From: a virus
Lineage: Duplodnaviria > Caudoviricetes
Strand: one strand, 5' to 3'
IMG/VR virus record: IMGVR_UViG_3300028920_000133
Location: 1 to 42,620 of that record
DNA: 42,620 nt
Under the pieces are notes generated by a model, which had not been told where the DNA came from, ran no database searches, and was given only the letters and a program-made list of their open reading frames with translations. Every line of letters starts with the position of its first letter. The first letter of the stretch is position 1. Below are positions 1 through 10,661 of the stretch, piece by piece. The position numbers and the translations under genes were made by a program.

Positions 1-1
1 C

Positions 2-634
2 CGTGTCATCACTCTCGGCGGCAATCCAGAAGAAGACCCGCTTTACCAAAATCTTACATCAAGAGCAAACGCAATAAACGCATCCTTGACTGGCTCCGAG
101 GGAGTGCTTGATCTTAACGCTCCACCGGCAGATCAAACAGTTGGTGCCACAGATTCAGGTGCCGCATCAGGACAGGCCGGTGGACTCCTTGCCCCGGACC
201 CCATGAGGGCAAGGGCAGATGCTGCGCTTGCTAGCGGAGTTGGCGCTAGAACAAACCAGCCGCCAGCAAATGTTTCACCAGACGCAAGGCTGGCCGATGT
301 TAGACCCGTTCAGCCAAGACCGGACGCCTCAACAACTGGTGGAGCAGCGGCAGCAGAACAGGCAGTGGCCGAATTGCCAGAGTCTTACTCTGACCTTGAG
401 ATGGCAATTCAGATGAACAACGAAGGTAAGGGAAACTACGTTGACATCATGATGTCAATGGACAAGGGATACACTCCTGAAATTATTCAGCTATTGCTCC
501 AGAGGCGCAGAGAGATGGGCGGAGATCAAGCGCAACAGAGAATGAGTGAATTCATGTTCGGCGGCGGCGTACAGGCACCGCAAACAATTCCAGCCGCAAG
601 AGGTAGAATGCGTGGGCTGGGAGGAAATGGCTAA
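2..634 (+). CDS. Virion/ejection-region protein, C-terminal part (5' truncated by the window)
   Basis: The frame is open from base 2 through the TTG at 86 to TAA at 632-634. Low-complexity Ala/Gly/Gln/Pro protein; stop overlaps the ATG of the giant gene. Confidence 0.7.
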   Translation, partial: RVITLGGNPEEDPLYQNLTSRANAINASLTGSEGVLDLNAPPADQTVGATDSGAASGQAGGLLAPDPMRARADAALASGVGARTNQPPANVSPDARLADVRPVQPRPDASTTGGAAAAEQAVAELPESYSDLEMAIQMNNEGKGNYVDIMMSMDKGYTPEIIQLLLQRRREMGGDQAQQRMSEFMFGGGVQAPQTIPAARGRMRGLGGNG

Positions 635-3600
635 TGCCAAGACTATACGTACCGCAACTGGGGAAAGCTGTAGACTTCGCTGACGGCATGTCTGAAGAGG
701 AGATGCGTGCTGAGGCCACAGCACTTGTTAGTGCTAATCAGCAACCATCTTTCCAAGGCACTACAGATAAAGAAGATACACCACCAGACTTTGCGGCAGA
801 GAATCAAAAACTTTCCCAGGACTTTGCACAAGAGCACAACGCGGCAATGAACCTAAGGGAATCGCAGGGATACGACGAAGACCCTCCATGGCTGAACTCC
901 GCCAGGTCTGCGTGGCAGGGCGCTATGGGTGCGCGTGCTAGCGGAGCAAGGGTGATTGGTGAGGGCCTTAGCTGGCTGTCTAAGCTTGGTGGAATGGAGG
1001 GGGCCGAATACGACTTTCTGCGTGGTGAGAATGCTGATGATATGCAGCGTCAGGCACGCATTAAAAAGATGGCAACCGACGACCCGAACTTCGACTTTGA
1101 AAACAGTTTCCTTGGGTGGCAGGGGAATATTCCAGACACGGCCCGTGCGCTCTTGCAGGAGTCAGGACCCACGCTTGCCATGGCTGCGGCGTCTGCTCCG
1201 TTGGGAGGGATTGCTCCAGCGGCTGGCTGGCTTGGCGCTGTTTCGAAGGCACCCGTGTGGGCACAGGCCGCACTTAGGGTTGCTCCGTTCTCCGTTGCCA
1301 TGAGGGGAATGGAGGGTGCCGTTGAGGGTGGTGAAGTTGCGGACGAGATGAAGAGACGCGGACGGTCTGCGTCTGACGTTCAGGCTGCGGCGTTCAAGAC
1401 TGTAGCAGCAAACATCCCGCTTGCCGCTCTTGATGTTGTTCAGGCCGGTGCGTTTTTGAGCATGCTACCAAGCCCGGCAAAGAAAGCGCTCAGCAAAGTA
1501 AGCAGGGAATACATTGGGCAGATCCCAATGTCTGTCCTGACAAAGATTGCCACACTCGGAGCCACAACAACGTCAGAGGGACTGGAAGAAACAGTTCAGG
1601 AGGAGATCCAGAACTGGGCTGTTGGCGCTGGGTTTGACCCGAAGGTTGTATACAATCCCGTATACGCTGCGAAGAAACACCCGGCTGCGTTCAACCTTGG
1701 TGCCCTGACCGGCCTAACCATGGGTGGTGCCAACGTTGCTGTTGACACGGTAATCCGTGCAGGCATGGATCAGATGGACCCGGAACAGGCTGCGGAAATC
1801 TTCAGAGACCCAGCAACCGCCGAGGAAAACAAGCGCATCATGGACGCCATGCGTGCTGCCCAGGAAGAGGCGTTCAAGGCCAACACAGATCCAGACGTTG
1901 CAGAAACATCAGTCGCACTTACAAACATTGACCCAATGACTGAGGAAGAATTCAGTCAGGTTGACAATCAGTTGCTTGATGGGTATCTAGGATTGAGTCC
2001 AGAAGACCACGCCGCCGAGGCTGCGCAGCAGGCATCCGCAGGAGAGATGGACGCACCGGCAGTACAGACGTGGAGAGCGCGGCTGTACATGGAAGAGCAG
2101 GAACAGCAGTCAACAATGGCGTCTGTGAGAACAAAGAACGCAGCGCTGAAGGAGAAGCAGGAAGCCAAGAAAGCCGCAAGGGAAGCCAAGAAGGCAGAGG
2201 CTATCGACAAGGCCAACAAGCAGGCGCGGGAAGATTTCGACCAGCAGTACGGACAGTACATTGCCCAGCAGCAGGTTGAACAGAAGACGCTTGAAGACGT
2301 TGGTGCAACGGGAACCATTGTAGACGACGACAACGCTATCGATCTTGACCAGTTGGCACCAGATTCCGCTGCCGGAATCATGTCATCAATGGATGCAGCC
2401 GCAACGAAAGATGAGGTCTTTAGGATTGCGGACGCAGTTGACAGACGTGGGAACCTATCAAATGAAATTAGAAACCACGCATCCCAGGTTGCTAAAAATC
2501 TACCAACTCAGGCAGAGCTTGACGCAGCACCGGCTCCGCAGTTTGCTGCCGAAGATGAACAGAATGTGCCGGTGGGTGACACTCAAGAGATTGGTGCGGT
2601 AGGCAGCACCCAAGAAAAACAGGCCGAGGATGTCGATAGTGTTATCCCACCGGCCACCCCTGAGGCACAGGCCGAGATTGACTTTGACCCACAGCAGGCA
2701 GTGGCAGACGAGGAGAGTCCGTTTGTCATGGACCGCGTCCGCGACGAGCTTAAGTGGGCTGATGAGGTGTGGGCAACCAAGGATGGTGCGGCGTTTAGAT
2801 ACGGCGACACAAAAGGGAGAGTCAGGGCGGCAGACTTTGTTGACCAGAAGAAAGCAAAGCAGGCAGCCAAGAAGCACAGGGTAACAGGACCATTCACTGT
2901 GCCAGCCCTGTTTGAGCAGGACGCAAGAACGGGCGATATTACGATTACCCTGTCAAGGGGTTACGATTTCAACACAAGGGCCAACAAGCAGAGTCTCAGC
3001 CATGAGGCGTTTCATGCCGCGAAGAGACTCGGCGTCTTGTCAGACGCGGAAGTTGCGTCAGTCTTCCAGCCATACTGGAGACAAGCGCTGAAAGAATCAG
3101 GCGTCAAGGTTAAGATGTCGGCAAGGGAAGCCCTGGGGGCAGATCCCAAACAGGTGCTGTCTGACAACATCACAGTTAGTGACATGTTGCAGTTGACTGA
3201 AGAGAAGGTTGCAGACAATTATGGCAACTGGGCACCCAAACATGGAAAAGTCTTGGGAAAGATTTGGCAGTGGATAAAGAACCTAGCACAGGTTGCTATC
3301 CAGGATGTGAAGGAAATACCTGGAAAACAAGCAGCTTACGAGAAGCTTCGCTCTGGCGAGGGAGTTGAGAAGGCTCCAGCAAAACCGGCGAAACAGGTCG
3401 TTAATAATGATCAACTTATTAACACTAACAAACAAGGTCAAAATGAAGGGATGTCTGCCGAAGATAAGCAGGCTGAGAAAGACTACCAGGAGACCGTAAA
3501 ACCTGGACTCAACAAGAAGGAAATCAAGAACCTCGCCCGCAAGGCAGAGAAGAACAAGAAGAAGCTGGACAGGGCAGACTCCGCACTTGCCCAGGTTAGG

Positions 3601-6600
3601 TCAAAGGTCCCTGATGTTGAGGCTGCAATCTGGACCCCGACAAAAACCTTCAGAGCACAGACGCACTTCATGGCATACGATCAGGCCATGGAAGAGGGCA
3701 ACCAGGACATCTTTGGCGAGTTCGGGAAGGACTGGATTGACGGGTTTGTGTTCCCGGACGGATCGTTCTACAACCGCGACGAGACGATGGAGAGAATCGG
3801 CATCGCAACCAGCGAAGAGCTGCGTGCAGTAAAGGCAGGAAAGACAGCCGAGTCAGCATATGAAACAACGGCAGAAGAGAACCCTGAAGTCACAGACGAC
3901 GACATTGATGCCCTCGCCAGCCTGAGCGCACAGATCAGATACACTCCAGAACAACTACGGAGAGCGCAGGCAAAGTCAGAAGCTGAGGCGCAGGAAATGT
4001 TCGGAGATGAACAGGGCAGACCACGCGCCGTGTTCACAAGACAACGCATGCTGCGCCACCTTGGTGTTGACCAGCGCGATCTCCCAGGAACATATCTTGC
4101 AGAGCGTGAGAGACTGCTTGAAGAGGCTAACAACGTAGCCCAGGAAGAGCTACTGGCCCAAGTGAGAAGCGTCAAGGTGCTATCGCCACTGAAGAAGTTC
4201 CTGAGCAAGGCCCACCCGCTGATGTTTGACGAGAACGGCGACCCAATCCTGCTGTTTCATGGAACGTTTGCTAACATCGAAGAAATCGATCTGAAGAAAG
4301 TGTACCCAGGCGGGTACATCGGGAGAGCTTTTTATACTACAACTGACCCGGCTGATGCTTCTGAGAATTATGCCGACGAGGAGACCGCAAACCTCAGCGC
4401 ACGCCGCAGAGGAGTTGTGCGGGACATGGAGTACGAAATTCAGGAAGCTCTGGTACAGGACATCAAGCCCAGCAAAGTTGCTGAGATGATTGCGAATGAC
4501 CACGGATTTACCTTGACTGCGGCTGACAAAAAGTTTGTGAAGAAACTTGACGCACCAATCAATATTGACATGGATATGTTTGAAGATCATTGGGACGCAA
4601 TTGGCGATGACCAGTTCATGCGTGATAGCCTAAACGCAGAGGCGCTTGCTGAGTGGGCCGGAACTAAGATTGCCGTTAATGATGGCGGGGCAAGAATCTA
4701 TATGATGGTTATGTCTGCCGAAAACCCACTTGTTCTTGGCGCGTCAGAAAACAATTCAGACCAGACGTATTTTGAATATTCAATTGACCCAACAACAGGG
4801 GAACCAAGTGGATCTCTTAACGACTTTGTCCGCGCATTGGAAGATATTTCAATCGGGTCAACAGACGCAACCGTTGCTGATGCTGTCGTCGAAGAATTTG
4901 TAGACAGGATTGCAGAGTCTATTTCATATGTCGGGAAAGAAATTGAAGATGGTGTTTCTGCAAGAACAATTTATAACGCTCTTTCAGAAACAGATTCACT
5001 GTACGATGTTAGACTTGAACAGTCCTCACCCGGCGAAGAGGTTTCTCCCGGAGAAATCTTCCGACAAGTAATCGACAAGATGGGTTACGATGCCGTGATT
5101 ATGGACGCTGGCGTTTTCAATTGGGTCAAAGAGAGTAACACTAAGCACTACATCACCTGGAAGCCAGCGAACGTGAAGTCATGGTCTGCCCCTGCCCCAA
5201 CGAAAGAATCCACAAACATCGCGGCGCAGGTTAAGCCGATCAAGAACAGGGAAATGTTTAAGATCTGGTTCAAGGGGTCAAAGGCTGTGGACCCGGATGG
5301 CGAGCCATTGAGGCTATTCCATGGGACCGTTTTGGCGGGTGAAGATTTTGAATTCTTCGATCCAGAAATGTCAATCGGTGGCGAGCCGGGAGACGGCATC
5401 TACCTTGCCACAAACCCGGATGTTGCGAACAGGTACGCCCCCAACATTAAGGGTGGCGCAGTCTATGAGGTATACCTGTCTATCAAGAATCCATTCCTGT
5501 ATGACGAGGTTCACTCAGGTCAGGACGCGAAGCGCATCCTTGATGCCGTTAAGCTAATCTCCAAGAACAGCCCGCTTCTTGACATCGCGCCAGATGCAGT
5601 TGAGAAGCTTGGCGAAAAGTTTACCGGAAGACAGCTAAGCAAGACAATCGGCAGCATGGCAATGACCCCGGTTCTTGAAGAGGCTGGATACGACGGTGTC
5701 ATGCACAGGGCCGCAGATTGGGTTGGCAACCCGGCTGAGCCTGGGGCGGATACTGGAGACTACGGCAACACATGGGTTGCGTTCTATCCGCAGCAGGTCA
5801 AGTCCATCAATAATGAAGTGTGGTCACCACAGGCCAAAGAAATGCTGGGTCAGGTAAGACTTGCAAGGGATGTTCCTCCAGGCATGAGCCTTGATGAATT
5901 CAACGCGGCAATGGCAGCAGACCCAAGGCTACACCTGAAGAACTGGTATGCTGAGCGCGAAATCAGAGTACACTATGCAGCCGTTGAGGGCAGAAAACTA
6001 CAGAAGAGAATTGCCGAGGTAGCTGGGCAGAAAAACTGGGCAAGACAGTACAAATATGGGCAGAAAGCCAGGGACCTTTCCAAAGCAATTCATGTATGGA
6101 TTGACCTACAAGCTGAACCAACTGCGTACAATAGATTTTACGATCAGCTAAGCAATTATCAGAAAGAAATTGTTGATCTTGCAATGAATGAGGTCGCAAA
6201 CTCACCAGAACTTCTTGCAATAGCTGATGAAATCAGGAGAGAATATGACAAAGCTGGACAGGAGGCTATGTCAAGCGGGCTTATTCACAACATGCGCGAC
6301 AACTATGTCAACCGCGTGTGGAGACTCAACGGAAAATCAGCCAGCGAAAGCGGGAGAGCGTTTGGAACAACAACGCGCCACCGTAGAAAGCGTGTCCTTC
6401 CAACAATATTGCAGGGGTGGGCTGACGGTCTTGACATGGCCGCAGAAGATGCCGTAGAAAACCTTGTCATATATAAGGAGGAAGTCGCCAGAGCTATGGT
6501 GAATAAGGAGCTGATTAACTACCTAAGGATGGCTAAGGCTGACCCCGCAGATCCAGACTCTCCGTATGTATTTACGCACATTAATCCCGGTGCATACAAC

Positions 6601-8589
6601 TACAAAGAGCTGAAGCATCCGAACATGAAATACTGGGTATTTGACGGCTTTAAAAACAAGGGAATAATTGAGGAAGAACCAACTACACCAAACTACAAAG
6701 TGGTTGGAAACAAGATGAGCTTCCGCAAATTCGCAGTCTATAAGCCTGGAGCAAAGGTTGCGAGCAGAGTCCTAAAAACATGGGACGAGGCAATCCAGTT
6801 CATCGCTGATAAGAATGACCCATCGCTTGAAATCCATGAGAGATGGGAGTCGTTGAGAAGTGAGCGTCTGTATGCTCCGGCCCAGCTTGCGGACCATCTA
6901 AACAAGATCACAGAAGAGGGTTATCAGGGCGACAAGATCAGGACCCTTCTCCGCTGGAACGCTAGAATCAAGTCAACCATCCTGCTTACCTCACTGTTCC
7001 ACCACATGGCGTTCGCTAGATCCTTCTGGCTTGGAACAACCGGCAAACCGCTCAGTGCATCAGGCGAAAAGATTTCTAAGATTAGAATTCTGAAGGCATA
7101 CCAGGAAGGTATGCGCATGATTGATGCGCACAACGCTGACGTAGAGACGTTGATTCGCGCTGGCCTAACCCTTGGCAGGCTACAGGACTGGGATGAAATT
7201 ATTCTCCAGGACAAGAACAGGTTCAGCAAGTGGATGGACAACCACGGCAGGGTATCAAGGCAGATTAAGAACCTTGCGTCAGAGCTGAGACAGAGACAGA
7301 CAACGTTCCTCTTTAAGAACTTCGGTGCCGGTCTGAAGGTTCAGGCTGCGCTTATTGAGCTTGCGCACAATAGGGAAAAGTTTGCCGGTAAACTGACAGA
7401 TGAACAGATCGCTGAGTACAGCGCAGAGATCATCAACCAGGACTTTGGTGGCCTGAACTGGGACCGCATGGGTGTTGGCAAGAAACGGCAGCAGATCATG
7501 CGCACCCTATTGCTTGCCCCCGACTGGACCGGAAGTAACTTCCTAACCATCAAGAGGCTCGCACAGGCAATCCTGCGTAAGGTGGACAATCCAAAAGAGG
7601 TCCGCCAGATCTATCAGAAGTTTTGGGCAGGCATCCTGATGAAGGGGATCATCTCCACCGTTGCTATGAACATGATCATGGCTGGACTTGGTAACGCAAT
7701 GAAGGGTGACGACGAGGAGAAAGACAACGCATTTACCGGATCGATGTACGCTTTTGAGGATGACTGGCAAAGACTGCTGTGGGCTGACGTGGATGTGACA
7801 CCGCTGTACACGCTGTGGAACAAGTTCACTGGCAGTCAGGACGACGGTAGAAGAAGATACTTCAGTATCTTCGGACACTTCAAGGACCCGGTGAGGTGGG
7901 CAATCGATCCAATGAGATCGGTAATCCACAAGGGATCACCGGCGGCGCGTGTCATTCTTGAGGCGATTGAGGGCACAGATTGGAAGGGTGACGGCTTCAC
8001 AACTGTGAGCGAATTGTTTGGCACAGATCAGGCCGGGTACTACAAGACAAGCGGTCCAGGCTACAAGGCTGGCGACCCCAAGGGAGGACAGCTAAAGGGC
8101 AAACTAACATCAAGAATGACAGATGCTCATCCGATTTCATATGACCAGATCCCAAGTTGGCTCATCACGCAGGCAAAGGGCAGCACACCTGTACAGGTTC
8201 AGGAAGCTCTCGCCGCAGTATGGGGGCAGAAGACTTGGTTTGATGCTCTGGCTAGATCCCTTGGTGCGCACATGTCTCCAAGTAGAGGAAGTCAGTTCGA
8301 CATTGTTGCAACAAGGCTGAAAGAGTTTCAGGATGAGATGAGCGCGCTTAAACTGACAGATCCCAAGAAGTACGCTCAGGAGAGAAGAGACAACATCGAC
8401 AAAGTCCGCGCCTTGATGGGGCTGCAAGGTTTTGAAAAGAGAATCAGAACGCTCAAGCTTAAGATCACAGCGCTGAGCAGGAACAAGACCATGTCGGATG
8501 ACAAGAAAGCAGAGAAGAAGAGGCTATATGAAAAGCAGATCCTAGAAATAGAACAACAGTACGTTGATAGATTCGGAGAATTCCTTTAA
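634..8589 (+). CDS. Giant (2651 aa) polyvalent-type virion/ejection protein with HExxH metallopeptidase motif and two ART-PolyVal-like ADP-ribosyltransferase domains
   Basis: HEAFH at 3001-3015. Domain 1: FHGT..G.AFYTT.DP..AS.NY...GYDAVI...KPANVKS (about 4220-5180). Domain 2: FHGT..GDGIYLATNP.VA.RY...VYLSIKNP...GYDGV...FYPQQVKS (about 5255-5815). Last gene before lysis. Confidence 0.8.
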   Translation: MPRLYVPQLGKAVDFADGMSEEEMRAEATALVSANQQPSFQGTTDKEDTPPDFAAENQKLSQDFAQEHNAAMNLRESQGYDEDPPWLNSARSAWQGAMGARASGARVIGEGLSWLSKLGGMEGAEYDFLRGENADDMQRQARIKKMATDDPNFDFENSFLGWQGNIPDTARALLQESGPTLAMAAASAPLGGIAPAAGWLGAVSKAPVWAQAALRVAPFSVAMRGMEGAVEGGEVADEMKRRGRSASDVQAAAFKTVAANIPLAALDVVQAGAFLSMLPSPAKKALSKVSREYIGQIPMSVLTKIATLGATTTSEGLEETVQEEIQNWAVGAGFDPKVVYNPVYAAKKHPAAFNLGALTGLTMGGANVAVDTVIRAGMDQMDPEQAAEIFRDPATAEENKRIMDAMRAAQEEAFKANTDPDVAETSVALTNIDPMTEEEFSQVDNQLLDGYLGLSPEDHAAEAAQQASAGEMDAPAVQTWRARLYMEEQEQQSTMASVRTKNAALKEKQEAKKAAREAKKAEAIDKANKQAREDFDQQYGQYIAQQQVEQKTLEDVGATGTIVDDDNAIDLDQLAPDSAAGIMSSMDAAATKDEVFRIADAVDRRGNLSNEIRNHASQVAKNLPTQAELDAAPAPQFAAEDEQNVPVGDTQEIGAVGSTQEKQAEDVDSVIPPATPEAQAEIDFDPQQAVADEESPFVMDRVRDELKWADEVWATKDGAAFRYGDTKGRVRAADFVDQKKAKQAAKKHRVTGPFTVPALFEQDARTGDITITLSRGYDFNTRANKQSLSHEAFHAAKRLGVLSDAEVASVFQPYWRQALKESGVKVKMSAREALGADPKQVLSDNITVSDMLQLTEEKVADNYGNWAPKHGKVLGKIWQWIKNLAQVAIQDVKEIPGKQAAYEKLRSGEGVEKAPAKPAKQVVNNDQLINTNKQGQNEGMSAEDKQAEKDYQETVKPGLNKKEIKNLARKAEKNKKKLDRADSALAQVRSKVPDVEAAIWTPTKTFRAQTHFMAYDQAMEEGNQDIFGEFGKDWIDGFVFPDGSFYNRDETMERIGIATSEELRAVKAGKTAESAYETTAEENPEVTDDDIDALASLSAQIRYTPEQLRRAQAKSEAEAQEMFGDEQGRPRAVFTRQRMLRHLGVDQRDLPGTYLAERERLLEEANNVAQEELLAQVRSVKVLSPLKKFLSKAHPLMFDENGDPILLFHGTFANIEEIDLKKVYPGGYIGRAFYTTTDPADASENYADEETANLSARRRGVVRDMEYEIQEALVQDIKPSKVAEMIANDHGFTLTAADKKFVKKLDAPINIDMDMFEDHWDAIGDDQFMRDSLNAEALAEWAGTKIAVNDGGARIYMMVMSAENPLVLGASENNSDQTYFEYSIDPTTGEPSGSLNDFVRALEDISIGSTDATVADAVVEEFVDRIAESISYVGKEIEDGVSARTIYNALSETDSLYDVRLEQSSPGEEVSPGEIFRQVIDKMGYDAVIMDAGVFNWVKESNTKHYITWKPANVKSWSAPAPTKESTNIAAQVKPIKNREMFKIWFKGSKAVDPDGEPLRLFHGTVLAGEDFEFFDPEMSIGGEPGDGIYLATNPDVANRYAPNIKGGAVYEVYLSIKNPFLYDEVHSGQDAKRILDAVKLISKNSPLLDIAPDAVEKLGEKFTGRQLSKTIGSMAMTPVLEEAGYDGVMHRAADWVGNPAEPGADTGDYGNTWVAFYPQQVKSINNEVWSPQAKEMLGQVRLARDVPPGMSLDEFNAAMAADPRLHLKNWYAEREIRVHYAAVEGRKLQKRIAEVAGQKNWARQYKYGQKARDLSKAIHVWIDLQAEPTAYNRFYDQLSNYQKEIVDLAMNEVANSPELLAIADEIRREYDKAGQEAMSSGLIHNMRDNYVNRVWRLNGKSASESGRAFGTTTRHRRKRVLPTILQGWADGLDMAAEDAVENLVIYKEEVARAMVNKELINYLRMAKADPADPDSPYVFTHINPGAYNYKELKHPNMKYWVFDGFKNKGIIEEEPTTPNYKVVGNKMSFRKFAVYKPGAKVASRVLKTWDEAIQFIADKNDPSLEIHERWESLRSERLYAPAQLADHLNKITEEGYQGDKIRTLLRWNARIKSTILLTSLFHHMAFARSFWLGTTGKPLSASGEKISKIRILKAYQEGMRMIDAHNADVETLIRAGLTLGRLQDWDEIILQDKNRFSKWMDNHGRVSRQIKNLASELRQRQTTFLFKNFGAGLKVQAALIELAHNREKFAGKLTDEQIAEYSAEIINQDFGGLNWDRMGVGKKRQQIMRTLLLAPDWTGSNFLTIKRLAQAILRKVDNPKEVRQIYQKFWAGILMKGIISTVAMNMIMAGLGNAMKGDDEEKDNAFTGSMYAFEDDWQRLLWADVDVTPLYTLWNKFTGSQDDGRRRYFSIFGHFKDPVRWAIDPMRSVIHKGSPAARVILEAIEGTDWKGDGFTTVSELFGTDQAGYYKTSGPGYKAGDPKGGQLKGKLTSRMTDAHPISYDQIPSWLITQAKGSTPVQVQEALAAVWGQKTWFDALARSLGAHMSPSRGSQFDIVATRLKEFQDEMSALKLTDPKKYAQERRDNIDKVRALMGLQGFEKRIRTLKLKITALSRNKTMSDDKKAEKKRLYEKQILEIEQQYVDRFGEFL

Positions 8590-8930
8590 TGTCTATACCA
8601 GAGTTCCCGCCTGATCACAAGATGAGACCCGACTGCGCGAAGGAGTTTGGAAAGATTGAGGCCACCCTTCACGAACATGAAACATTTAGAAGAGAAGTAA
8701 AAGAATCACTATCTGATATTAAGAGATCTCTTGAAACAATCGTAGAGATCAAAGAGATGCTCGCCGTTATGAACACTGAGAGGGCGGCAGAAATTGCCAG
8801 AGTTGCTGCGCTGGAAGCAACCGGAGATAAGCTTGACAGAAGAATGTGGGGCGAGAGAGTAAAGATAGGCGGGTTCTCAGTTGTGCTTGTTGGGCTTATC
8901 AAGCTCATAGAATTGCTGGGAGGAAAATAA
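8589..8930 (+). CDS. Small coiled-coil protein with C-terminal TM helix (lysis cassette, XhlA/holin-like architecture)
   Basis: Hydrophobic C-terminus IGGFSVVLVGLIKLIELL; translationally coupled to the endolysin. Confidence 0.55.
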   Translation: MSIPEFPPDHKMRPDCAKEFGKIEATLHEHETFRREVKESLSDIKRSLETIVEIKEMLAVMNTERAAEIARVAALEATGDKLDRRMWGERVKIGGFSVVLVGLIKLIELLGGK

Positions 8931-9382
8931 TGACCGGGCAAATTGTAGACCCATCTGGGAGACCCTATAGCTGGGGTGAAAGATCACTCAGAATCAGGAG
9001 GGGACTACATCCAAAGTTGTTGACAGTGTTCGATGCGGCGCTGTACTATAGGGACATAGCGCTGTTGGAGGGACACAGGGATGAGGATACTCAAAATTTC
9101 TACTACACTACGGGGAAATCTAAAGTCCAATATCCTAACAGCAAACATAACGTATACCCATCCAGAGCGGTGGATGCTATACCCTATCCGTTCAATCCCG
9201 AATGGTGGAACGTGGAAAGATATTTCTACGTATGGTGTGAGTGGGGTAGCTGGGTTAAGGGTCTCGCCGCTGGAAAAGGCATTAAGCTTCGTTGGGGGTT
9301 TGATTGGGACGGTGACTTCGACCTAAAGGATCAGACGTTCTACGACGGGCCACACTTCGAACTTTGCGAGGAGGAAGAATGA
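8930..9382 (+). CDS. Endolysin, M15-family (L-Ala-D-Glu) peptidase
   Basis: Motifs EGHR..Q, SKHN..PSRAVD, RWG.DWD and DGPHFEL. ATG at 8930 overlaps the upstream TAA and follows a GGAGG RBS. Confidence 0.9.
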   Translation: MTGQIVDPSGRPYSWGERSLRIRRGLHPKLLTVFDAALYYRDIALLEGHRDEDTQNFYYTTGKSKVQYPNSKHNVYPSRAVDAIPYPFNPEWWNVERYFYVWCEWGSWVKGLAAGKGIKLRWGFDWDGDFDLKDQTFYDGPHFELCEEEE

Positions 9383-9984
9383 GAAAACTATTCGTAGCAC
9401 TAGCGTGCATCGTACTACTTGGATTCGCTTCGATTGCTGAATCTGACATCACAATGCCATACTGCTCATGTGAGCAGTTGGTGTACCTCGGACAGCCAAT
9501 GCTCCCGGTGATTGAATCTGGACCGGCAGAGTCCTGGATTCTTGAAGACGTGCCCGGCATTATGTGGTACTTCGCTGTTGACCATGGCGACTTCCCGTGG
9601 TCTATGCCTGGGTACGGGTGGTTCGGATTTGAGCCTGTCACTGACCCACAGAGGCCAGAGGTGTCAGCCAACATCTACTCAACCAGCCTGCTTCTTAACG
9701 TGAAGTTCAACTACCTTGAATGTTGCAGCCAGTTCTTTGTGGATGTTAATGATCTACTGTTCTCGGACGATGGTGTCGCAATGCAGTGGGTGGACAGGAT
9801 TGGTTACTATGTTGGGGACTATGATGGGGTTGTGTATGTCGGACGCTTTGATCCTGACCAGCCAGTCCTGCGGGTCTTCAGCTATCGACACACGGATGAC
9901 CACCTTGTAATGGTTGCGTACTACAACATTCTAATCAGCCCCACGCCATACAGCAAGAGGGACATGAATGCGACGGTGGAATAA
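9379..9984 (+). CDS. Secreted/exported hypothetical protein in the lysis cassette
   Basis: N-terminus MRKLFVALACIVLLGFASIAES looks like a signal peptide; GAGGAGG RBS. Confidence 0.65.
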   Translation: MRKLFVALACIVLLGFASIAESDITMPYCSCEQLVYLGQPMLPVIESGPAESWILEDVPGIMWYFAVDHGDFPWSMPGYGWFGFEPVTDPQRPEVSANIYSTSLLLNVKFNYLECCSQFFVDVNDLLFSDDGVAMQWVDRIGYYVGDYDGVVYVGRFDPDQPVLRVFSYRHTDDHLVMVAYYNILISPTPYSKRDMNATVE

Positions 9985-10559
9985 TGGGAATTTTCAAAGG
10001 ACTCAAAGGAAAAAAGATTGGCAAGAAAGCACTGGGCGTTCTCCAGTCTGTGGCACCAACGATTGCGCTTGCGCTCGGAGGACCACTAGCCGGGGCAGCA
10101 GTGCAGCAACTGAGCGTTGCCCTGACAGGAGGCAAGGACACAGACGAAGCTCAGATGGATGCGATGATCGCGGGCGGGGACTACGATACTGTTCTTGCTC
10201 TGAAGCAGGCTGAACATGATTTCGAAATCAAGATGGCAGAGATGGAGATCACCCAGGACCAGCTAGTGTTCCAAGACATTGACTCGGCCCGTCAGCGACA
10301 TATCCAGGTTAAGGACAAAGAGCCTGCCAGATTGGCATATCTCGCCATGATTACATTCGGTGTGCTGGTTGGATTGGTGCTGACTCAGCAGGAAACATTC
10401 TCTGGCAGTGAGTTCGCTACTGTTATTGTCTCCACCATCATCGGTGCATCCATTGGGTGGGTTGACAAGGCGTACAACTTCTTCCTTGGGTCCTCACGTG
10501 GCAGCAAGGATAAGTCAGATGCAATGATCAGGGCCATCGGAGAGTTCAAAAAACAGTAA
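9984..10559 (+). CDS. Holin-like membrane protein (3TM/GTA-holin-like)
   Basis: VAPTIALALGGPLAGAA, D.DSAR.R, two TM segments and YNFFLGSSRGS.DK, as in this holin class. Confidence 0.75.
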   Translation: MGIFKGLKGKKIGKKALGVLQSVAPTIALALGGPLAGAAVQQLSVALTGGKDTDEAQMDAMIAGGDYDTVLALKQAEHDFEIKMAEMEITQDQLVFQDIDSARQRHIQVKDKEPARLAYLAMITFGVLVGLVLTQQETFSGSEFATVIVSTIIGASIGWVDKAYNFFLGSSRGSKDKSDAMIRAIGEFKKQ

Positions 10560-10661
10560 TTTGAACGCATGTTTGGGAGTATGTTTTTTTTCATCGCATG
10601 TATTAATATTGTGTCATGATTGATTGACGGCTGTCAACAACCAGAAGAAAACTTTTTCCGC

